From: Mytilus trossulus
Lineage: Eukaryota
Assembly: GCF_036588685.1 (NCBI RefSeq)
Contig: NC_086382.1
Coordinates: 1,612,001-1,676,000, forward strand
DNA length: 64,000 nucleotides
Direction of reading: 5' to 3'
Shown: positions 19,219 to 64,000 of the stretch, one piece after another
Numbering within the stretch: position 1 is the stretch's first letter
How the letters are laid out: every line of letters begins with the position of its first letter
Position numbers and translations under genes: made by a program
Notes under the pieces: generated by a model
The model's database searches: none
Seen by the model: only the letters and a program-made list of their open reading frames with translations
What the model was told of the DNA's origin: nothing

Positions 19219-21782
19219 GGTGAACATTTCATCGGGAAGCCGCACGTTAGACGCGGACAGGCTACCGCGGGTCTCTCGACCATCCAGGCCGGCAAACTAT
19301 ACCCTCGGTAAATTTGTTTTACGTGGGTGAAATTTTCATCGGGAAGCCGCACGTTAGACGCGGACAGGCTACCGCGGGTCTCTCGACCATCTAGGCCGTC
19401 AAACTATACCCTCGGTAAAAAAAATTTACGTGGGTGAAATTTTCATCGGGATGTCGCACGTTAGACGCGGACAGGCATCCACGGGTCTCTCGACCAACCA
19501 GGCCGGCAAACTATACCCTCGGTAAATTTTTTTTACGTGGGTGAAATTTTTATCGGGAAGCCGCACGTTAGGCGCAGGCGAGCTACCGCGGGTCTCTCGA
19601 CCATCCAGGCCGGCAAACCATACCCTCGATAAAATTTTTCTACGTGGGTGAAATTTTCATCGGGAAGCCGCGCGTTAGACGCAGGCGAGCTACCGCGGGG
19701 CTCTCGACCATCCTGGCCGGCAAACTATACCCTCGGTAATTTTTTTTTACGGGGGTGAAATTTTCATCGGGAAGCCGCACGTTAGACGCAGGCGAGCTAC
19801 CGCGGGTCTCTTGACCAACCAGGCCGGCAAACTATACCCTCGATAAAAAATTTCTACGTGGGTAAAATTTTCATCGGGAAGCCGCACGTTAGACGCGGAC
19901 AGGCTACCGCGGGTCTCTCGACCATCTAGGCCGGCAAACTATACCCTCGGTAAAATTTGTTTACGTGGGTGAAATTTTCATCGGGAAGCCGCACGTTAGA
20001 CGCGGACAGGCTACCGCGGGTCTCTCGACCATCTAGGCCGTCAAACTATACCCTCGGTAAAAAAAATTTACGAGGGTGAAATTTTCATCGGGATGTCGCA
20101 CGTTAGATGCAGACAGGCTACCGCGGGTCTCTCGACCATCTAGGCCGTCAAACTATACCCTCGGTAAAAAAAAATTACGTGGGTGAAATTTTCATCGGGA
20201 AGCCGCACGTTAGACGCGGACAGGCTACCGCGGGTCTCTCGACCATCTAGGCCGTCAAACTATACCCTCGGTAAAAAAAAATTACGTGGGTGAAATTGTC
20301 ATCGGGAAGCCGCACGTTAGACGCGGACAGGCTACTGCGGGTCTCTCGACCATCTAGACCGTCAAACTATACCCTCGGTAAAAAAAATTTACGAGGGTGA
20401 AATTTTCATCGGGAAGCCGCACGTTAGACGCAGACAGGCTACCGCGGGTCTCTCGACCATCCAGGCCGGCAAACTATACCCTCGGTAAAAAAAATTTACG
20501 TGGGTGAAATTTTCATCGGAAAGCCGCACGTTAGACGCGGACAGGCTACTGCGGGTCTCTCGACCATCTAGACCGTCAAACTATACCCTCGGTAAAAAAA
20601 ATTTACGAGGGTGAAATTTTCATCGGGAAGCCGCACGTTAGACGCAGACAGGCTACCGCGGGTCTCTCGACCATCCAGGCCGGCAAACTATACCCTCGGT
20701 AAAAAAAAATTACGTGGGTGAAATTTTCATCGGGAGGCCGCACGTTAGACGCGGACAGGCTACCGCGGGTCTCTCGTCCATCCAGGCCGGCAAACTATGC
20801 CCTCGGTAAAAAAAAATTACGAGGGTGAACATTTCATGAGGAAGCCGCACGTTAGACGCGGACAGGCTACCGCGGGTCTCTCGACCATCTAGGCCGTCAA
20901 ACTATACCCTCGGTAAAAAAATTTTACGAGGGTGAAATTTTCATCGGGAAGCCGCACGTTAGACGCGGACAGGCTACCGCGGGTCTCTCGACCATCTAGG
21001 CCGTCAAACTATACCCTCGGTAAAAAAAATTTACGAGGGTGAAATTTTCATCGGGATGTCGCACGTTAGATGCGGACAGGCTACTGCGGGTCTCTCGACC
21101 ATCTAGGCCGTCAAACTATACCCTCGGTAAAAAAAAAATACGTTGGTGAAATTTTCATCGGGAAGCCACACATTAGACGCGGACAGGCTACCGCGGGTCT
21201 CTCGTCCATCTAGGCCGTCAAACTATGCCCGCGTTAAAAAAAATTACGAATGAACATTTCATCGGGTAGCCGCACGTTAGACGCGGACAGGCTACCGCGG
21301 GTCTCTCGACCATCTAGGCCGTCAAACTATACCCTCGGTAAAAAAAATTTACGAGGGTGAAATTTTCATCGGGATGTCGCACGTTAGATGCGGACAGGCT
21401 ACCGCGGGTCTCTCGACCATCTAGGCCGGCAAACTATACCCTCGGTAAAAAAAATTTACGTGGGTGAAATTTTCATCGGGAAGCCGCACGTTAGACGCGG
21501 ACAGGATTCCAAGGGTCTCTCGACCATCTAGGCCGTCAAACTATACCCTCGGTAAAAAAAATTTACGAGGGTGAAATTTTCATCGGGATGTCGCACGTTA
21601 GATGCGGACAGGCTACCGCGGGTCTCTCGACCATCTAGGCCGGCAATCTATACCCTCGGTAAAAAAAATTTACGTGGGTGAAATTTTCATCGGGAAGCCG
21701 CACGTTAGACGCGGACAGGCTACCGCGGGTCTCTCGACCATCTAGGCCGTCAAACTATACCCTCGGTAAAAAAAATTTACGT
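19219..21782. repeat. GC-rich 107-bp satellite array, about 24 copies
   Basis: Unit GTGAAATTTTCATCGGGAAGCCGCACGTTAGACGCGGACAGGCTACCGCGGGTCTCTCGACCATCTAGGCCGTCAAACTATACCCTCGGTAAAAAAAATTTACGTGG. ATCGGG recurs at 19231, 19338 and 19445 (period 107). Confidence 0.97.
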
Positions 21783-22299
21783 AAAGTCCCCATTTTAATA
21801 CCTCAGTACTGCAAACTACCCTATGTAATTTTATAGTGCTGATCCATCGATTACGGTCACCTTCACTGGCATGCCAGCTCTGAGGTACCACATGCAATCA
21901 TTTACGCTATCATCCAATCTACACTCATCAAACTAATGAGGCTGAAAAATTGAAGAGAATTCGACTAAATAAAGATATCATTACAGGCGATTACTGTATA
22001 CATAATCTACTTCTAATATACTGATGTTTTCTAAGAGATCCAACATCAGTCATTTATTACTCAAAACAGATCAAGTAGAATTATGTACTGGTGCATGTAT
22101 GTGTTATTTGTACCTTTATAACCATATCAAGAACGACAAATGTGTTAATCATACACAAACATACTAGGTCTTTCGTTATTACCTTAATCCTTCGTTTTTT
22201 ACAATTTTCTTTTTATTGCTCTCCTCAAATCTAGCTATGTGACAATTTTCATAAATTAGAAACACTTCACAATCAAAGTTATACTGCCTGAGACAATTT

Positions 22300-23757
22300 G
22301 AGGGGATTAAAACAACATATAAACATACACCGGACCTAAACATCTTCCCCCGTCAATTACTTATAGAAATAAGTATCGTAATATTATCCACGAATCACTC
22401 CGTACCTACTGTTCAAAATGGATAAAACAGGGAAAAAGCTGACAAAAAATCTTTTGACTCTTTTTTTGTATTCAGTAATGAACATAGTTGATATACGTAT
22501 TCAGCATTGTAAAGAACATTTTACACTTAATAATAACCACAATAAACCTATTTCTCGTATCAAACATAAACTAAAAGAACTAACCAAGGATTTTTTTTTG
22601 TCCCGGCAGATAAAGCTGCTAATAATATTATTATTGTTTGACGCAACTTTTACATTGAGGTTTTACAAAAAGAAATCACCAATTCACCAACATTACAACT
22701 GACACCATTTTCAGAAAACGACATCTGTAACAAACATACACTTTTAGCTACCGCTTTACAAGCAGAACAAAAAACAATGAAAGTCCCAACTACATTTTGT
22801 ATGTATTGGCTTCCGAAGCTAAACAAAACACCTTAAGAATATAGATTTATTTCGTCTTCAAGCCATTGTTCAACTACTAAATTATCTATTCTTCTTACCA
22901 GCACACTTGGTACAATCAAAAACCTGAAAATAAATTGTTGAAGTAAGGCCTTCAAAAACAGTGGAATTAATTACTTTTGGAATGTCAAGAACTCGTTGGA
23001 AGTACTTGATAAATTGCATGCTTATATTGGTGATTTTGAATCTGATAAAAGTTTGGATTTTTCTACCCTGTATACCATATTGCCTCCCATTCTCATTAAA
23101 AAAAGTTCCCACACCTAATATGGGCATTTAAAAAGTCAGAATGTAAATATTTATGGTAAAACTCTTTTGGGTCATTTTTTAGTAGCAATTAACAAAACAA
23201 AAACTATGTCAATTGGACATGCTTTGATTTTATATCTGCACTTGCATCTTTACTGGTTAACATTTTTGTTCGCTTTAGAGATGCCGCAAATCGTCAGGTT
23301 ATCGGAATTCTTATGGGGACTAACTGTGCACCACTTATTGCGGACCTGTTTTTGTATTGCTATGAGTTGACAAAAATCAGCAAAGACCCATCGAAACAAC
23401 ATCTGATACACATATTTAATAATACTTTTAGATATTTGGATGATATTTTGGCTCTAAATAATGACGACTTCAGTATAAATACTAAAGAAATGTATCCTGT
23501 TGAACTTACTTTAAATAAAGCTAATACTAACAATGACCACTGCCCCTTTCTCGATCTTGATATCTTTATCATTAACGGAAAGCTCAATACTAAAATTTAT
23601 GATCAAAGAGATGATTTCTCATTTCCTATGATCGTTAATTATCCATTTTTAGAAGATGCCGTTCACTTGTCACCATCTTACGGTGTTTATATATCTCAAC
23701 TTGTAAGATTCGCTCGTGAATGTAAAAATGTTTTATATTTTAACGAGAGAAATTTCT
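22300..23757 (+). mobile_element. Decayed Penelope-like retroelement, reverse transcriptase region (frameshifts and stops; 3' truncated; left boundary approximate)
   Basis: Translated fragments VPADKAANNI, YWLPKL, DFSTLYT, MGTNCAPLIADLFLYCYE, FRYLDDI, PFLDL and YGVYISQLVRFAR. Confidence 0.85.
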
Positions 23758-23852
23758 GAGGCATTGAAACCTCGCTATTACAAAATATCCGAGATAGCAC
23801 TTACATGTTTGCGAAAATTGAAGTCTTGCTATAAAAAAAAATTCCGAGATAG
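23758..23852. repeat. Left remnant of the 53-bp minisatellite (continues at 26159)
   Basis: ATTGAA.CCTCGCTATTACAAAA..TCCGAGATAG units match those at 26159-26850. Confidence 0.8.
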
Positions 23853-26158
23853 TATAAAAAAGAAGATGTGGTATGATTGCCAATAAGACAACTATCCACA
23901 AAATACCAAAATGACACAAACATTAACAACTATAGGTCACCGTACGGCCTTCAACAATGAGCAAAGCCCATACCGCATAGTCAGCTATAAAAGGCCCCGA
24001 TAAGACAATGTAAAACAATTCAAACGAGAAAATTACCTTTATTTATTTATTTATGTAAAAAAATGAACGAAAAACAAATGTGTAACACATAAACAAACGA
24101 CAACCACTGCATTACAGGCTCCTGACTTGGGACAGGCACATACATAAATAATGTGGTGGGGTTAAACATGTTAGTGGGATCCCAACCCTCCCCTAACCTT
24201 GGACAGTGGTATAACAGTACAACATAAGAACGAACTATAAAAATCAGTTGAAAAAGGCTTAACTCACCAGATAGACAAAAAATACAAGTGGACGTGGCCG
24301 GGTACTTATACATCCCGACACAAAAAGACACAATGAATAGATCTGAGAGTACTCGCAGTTATCTGACAGCTAGTTCAAAGCCACTAACAACTAATAAAAA
24401 AATCATGCCTCTAAGACTGAACAATCAATCCGTACACATCCAACATACAATGGATTTAGTGTAAAGACGCCATACACAGCCAGAGAAAAACATGACCATG
24501 TGCAATGCCAAGTTACAGGTATCAACAGATTGTAGATCCATGAAAATGTATATATGTATATAACATACTAGTAATATTTAGTTAGCTTTTAATCTACTGA
24601 TAACAACATCAATATTTATACCAATAAAAACAATATCCAATGATCTTATTACAGTGTTGAATAGGTAACCTTTTATAATAAGTTTATTTAAAGGAGCAAC
24701 AAGTTTACATGGATCATTTCCGGGCACGGTTAACAACATTTCCGTATAAATGAGGATGTGCTATCCCGTTTGAAATAAGTTTTTTACAGGTACAACCAAA
24801 CTTCAAAACCAAATCTTTATATCTATGGAAAAATTTAGTAAAGGTTTTAAGTAATTTATGGTTTAATAATTTACCAGTAATACATAGGTTGCGTTCGTTA
24901 AAATCAAAAACGTCACAACAGACACGGGCATAGCGAACAAGTTGTGAAATATAAACACCGTAAGATGGTGCCAAAGGAACATCACCATCGAAAAATCGAA
25001 ATTTAACAATAGGGAATGAAAAATGGTCTCTTTTGTCGTAAATTTTAGTGTGTAGTTTCCCGTTTAAAACCGAAATATCTAAATCCAGGAAAGGACAGTT
25101 ATTACCGAATACATTTAATTTATTTTAAGTGAGTTTCTTGGGATAAATTTCAGCAGTATATTGAGAAAATTGTTGATTATTTAACGAAAAAATATCATCA
25201 AGATAACGGTAAGTGTTGTTGAATTTATCAATTAAATGCAATTTCGACGGATCTTTACTGAGTTTAGTCATAAACTGTAATTCGTAACAGTACAAAAACA
25301 AGTCTGCTATTAAAGGGGCACAATTAGTGCCCATGGGGATACCTACAATCTGTCGATAGATTTTGTTGCCGAAAAGTACGTAAATATTATCAAGGAGAAT
25401 TTAACAGCTTCAATCATTTCATTACACCTCAAGTAAGTATAAATTATCTAGAATATTTACCTTTCTCATTAGAGAAGAAGGCTTTAAATGAGTTGCAGCA
25501 AATATATCTACATTCAGCTTTACCAAACGACCATTTAATTAAATAGGAAAACTGTTGTTTAATAAGATAGTGTGGAAGTGTAGTGTAAAGAGAAGAAAAA
25601 TCAAAACTATTAACAGAATCAAAAGGACCATCAGAAGCCCGTAATTTATCTTAAACATCCAAAGATTTTTTTACACTCCAAAAATGGTTTATACCACTAT
25701 GTTCATATATTTTATTACAATAGTTTATGATAAGCTCTTTAATAGTAGTTAATGAACTAGTTAAGAGCACTGACAGATAACACTAGAACACTTACTAGAG
25801 GCCGAGATGAAACGATATTTAAATGGTTTTTTGTGTAGTTTAGGTAGCCAATACATAGTAGGAACCTTCAAATGTTCAGAAGAAGCCTTAAGCTTTGATG
25901 TGGTTGTGATATGCTTGTTTACTATATTACTCTCTGTGAAGCGGATGGACTTGAATGTAGATGAATTTAAAATTTCATTCTTAAGAACGTCCGTGTAGTA
26001 TTTACGTCATACCACAACCACATTGTTGGCTGCTTTGTCGGCCGGTACAAACACAAACCGCTTTGAAAATATTTGAAGTTAATTTCTTATTTTGGAAATA
26101 GGTGTATTATGTACTCTTTTATTTACTTCTAAATTATTATCTTATCTACCACATTTAA
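23853..26158 (-). mobile_element. 5'-truncated Penelope-like retroelement: RT pseudogene (about 26140-24578) plus about 0.7-kb 3' non-coding region
   Basis: Minus-strand FVFVPADKAANN, YWLPKLHK, FDFSSLYTTLPH, GIPMGTNCAPLIADLFLYCYE, YRYLDDI, PFLDL and SYGVYISQLVRYAR. The frame ends ...RLKAN* at 24578 with no C-terminal GIY-YIG. Inserted precisely within a minisatellite unit (GATAG|CCCTACATG). Confidence 0.85.
24104..24209 (-). ncRNA. Twister-ribozyme-like motif (P5-type permutation) in the 3' region of the Penelope-like element
   Basis: CCACUG..AGGUU-AGGG-GA-GGG-uuGGGAUCCC-acu-AACAUGUU-UAA-CCCC-ACC-ACAU..AUGU-G-CCUG-U-CCC-AA-GU-CAGG-AGCCU..CAGUGG. All twister blocks are present: UAA cleavage loop, P2, T1 CCC/GGG, T2 AC/GU, P3, P4, P5. 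Confidence 0.7.
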
Positions 26159-26850
26159 CCCTACATGTTTGCGAAGATTGAAGTCTCCCTATTACAAAAC
26201 GTCCAAATCAGCCCTAAATGTTTGTGAAGATTGAAGCCTTCCGAGATAGCCCTACAAGTTACCGAAGATTAAAGCTTCGCTATTACAAAACTTCCGAGAC
26301 AGCACTACATGTAAGCGAAGATTAAAGCCTCGTTATTACAAAACTTCCGAGACAGCACTACATGTTTGTGAAGATTGAAGCCTTCCGAGATAGCCCTACA
26401 AGTTACCGAAGATTAAAGCTTCGCTATTACAAAACTTCCGAGACAGCACTACATGTAAGCGAAGATTAAAGCCTCGTTATTACAAAACTTCCGAGACAGC
26501 ACTACATGTTAGCGAAGATTAAAGCCTCGCTATTACAAAACTTCCGAGACGGTCCTACATGTTTCCGAAGATTGAAGCCTCGCTATTACAAAACTTGCGA
26601 GAAAGCCCTACATGTAAGCGAAGATTGAAGTATCACTAAACAAAAGTTCGGAGACAGCCCTACAGCAAAGTACATGTAAGTTATGATCGAAGTAGCTACA
26701 TCTGCCTATCACAGAACTTTTGACACAACCCTACATGCTAGCCAAGATTGAAGCATCGCTATTACAAAAACTTCCGAGGTAGCCCTACATGTACAATGTA
26801 ATTGAAAATCGACAGACCCTACATGTTAGCCACGATTGAAGCATCGGTCA
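26159..26850. repeat. 53-bp minisatellite with 38-bp deletion variants
   Basis: CTACATGT.AGCGAAGATTAAAGCCTCGCTATTACAAAACTTCCGAGACAGCA. Unit starts at 26305, 26358, 26396 and 26449 give spacings of 53, 38 and 53. Confidence 0.9.
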
Positions 26851-27739
26851 TTATAACAAACCCCAAGGTAGCCCGTTATATTCTCCTAGTGCACGTGATC
26901 CTCGGCAATATACCTTACTAGTATTTGCATGCTAACTGTACATATTTATATAGATTAGGCCGTTGGTTTGCCCGTGTGAATGGTTTTACACTAATAATTT
27001 TGGGCCCTTTATAGCTTGTTGTTCTGTGTGAGGCAAGGCTCCGTGTTGAAGGCCGTACTTTGACCTATAATGGTTTATTTTTAAAAATTATTATTTGGAT
27101 GGAGAGTTGTCTCATTGACACTCACACCACATCTTCCTATATCTATATATTATACATTTTTACTCGCTCTCAAATGGCTATATAACGTTCCTTTTTTCGT
27201 TTTTCTTTATAATATATAATTTATACCGTGTGCCTTCCGCTCTGAAGTATTTTAATTATCAATGAATGCATTGTATTGTTTGTCTAATTAATGACAGTGA
27301 CCGATACGCACTGTTGTGTCATGTATTTTGTCATTGTTTGGTTATAAATAGTTTGTACTAGGTAAATTAATTGTTTTATTTTCAATTATTGTTCATCCCT
27401 ACTTTTTGCATACTGTAATTGATAAACAATATTTAGATAAAGTTTCGGTTAGTATATATTATATATGCAGCAGACTAGACGAGTCTGAGAAACTGCACTA
27501 ATGGCACATGTGTGGTACCAGATTCATGCACAAAATAGCAACAAATTCATCATAATTATGCTTTAATGTGATTTCAGGTAATTCATTGACGCCTGATTTT
27601 ATGTCTTTTTTTGTTTTGTCTTTTGATAAATCGTCGTTAATTGTTATGTTTTTTTATTTAAATGTAAAAATTCGTCCATATTGGTAACCACGAATGTTGG
27701 TAACATATTGCAAGTTTTGTCTAGTCGAATGTGAGGTAA

Positions 27740-27746
27740 TATAAAA
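27740..27746 (+). promoter_or_regulatory. TATA box of the WSC-EGF-CCP gene
   Basis: TATAAAA about 30 bp upstream of TCAATTCAG and about 50 bp upstream of the ATG of the signal-peptide exon. Confidence 0.5.
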
Positions 27747-27792
27747 GGCCCATGCAGAGGCTGTATCAATTCAGGTTGCATTTAGACAGAGG

Positions 27793-63575
<35,783 letters not shown>

Positions 63576-64000
63576 GTATGATGTCAGATAGAAAATAGAC
63601 AAAGGGGACAATAAAATCCGTATTGGGAATACAAACTGTCAATGCTTTTTTAACTTTTAGACTTCCAAAGCGAGTTATTATTTTTTTTACAATCAATTCA
63701 AAAAGGGTCTTAAGTCTTACAAGATCCGGTGAAGTATTCCGAGTTTTGCATGAGGGAGATATATTCCTCAAATTATGACTGTCTTATGTGATAAATGTTG
63801 AAACAAAAAGTACTTGCAAACACTTTAATGTTTTCTCGCTACATTGAAGACCTGTTTGGGACCTTCTGCTGTTGTTTTTTTCTTTGGTCGGGTTGTTGTC
63901 TCTTTGACGCATTCCCAATTTCCATTATCAATTTTAATTGTACTTTAATACCATGTGAAAAAGTTAAAATGATTTATCTAAACTGTATCAATTAACTACT

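Noticed and set aside
18881-19352. ORFs of 65-143 aa at the satellite edge
   Set aside because: They run through repeat and satellite sequence, with no domain or splice support.
19219-21782. 107-bp array as a CRISPR array, or as an HDV/hammerhead ribozyme array (GGCCGGCA on +, CCGAUGA on -)
   Set aside because: There are no unique spacers or cas genes and the context is eukaryotic. GGCCGGC has no P1 partner, and the minus-strand motif lacks CUGA and a properly placed GAAA.
24240-24275. CTG(G/A)TGAGTTAAGCC on the minus strand as a hammerhead or SECIS in the Penelope tail
   Set aside because: No stem II plus GAAA follows, and the spacing is too short for a SECIS.

Overview
AT-rich, intron-rich animal genomic DNA. 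The repeat families look like those of a marine bivalve, probably Mytilus (inference). I assembled four genes by hand from splice sites and reading phase. (1) The last three exons of a classical short-chain dehydrogenase/reductase (SDR; +, 452-2800). (2) A two-exon, about 172-aa secreted coiled-coil protein on the minus strand (7072-5008) that the ORF track only half shows. (3) A complete nine-exon, 261-aa SDR paralogue (+, 8395-16797). (4) The 5' part of a large secreted WSC-EGF6-CCP2-EGF27+ protein (+, from 27793 past the window end), whose EGF exons are expanding by tandem duplication, including five near-identical 1,786-bp three-exon units. Between the genes lie a 107-bp satellite, two decayed convergent Penelope-like RT elements, minisatellites, MITEs and SINE/HINE-like repeats. 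The most striking non-coding signal is self-cleaving-ribozyme-like motifs. Eight intact minimal type I hammerheads are present, five of them in sense orientation, one in each amplified EGF unit. A dispersed repeat family also folds as a circularly permuted (P5-type) twister ribozyme with covarying pseudoknots and a palindrome in place of P1; one copy sits in the 3' region of a Penelope-like element. Ribozyme activity, expression and novelty cannot be verified from sequence alone.
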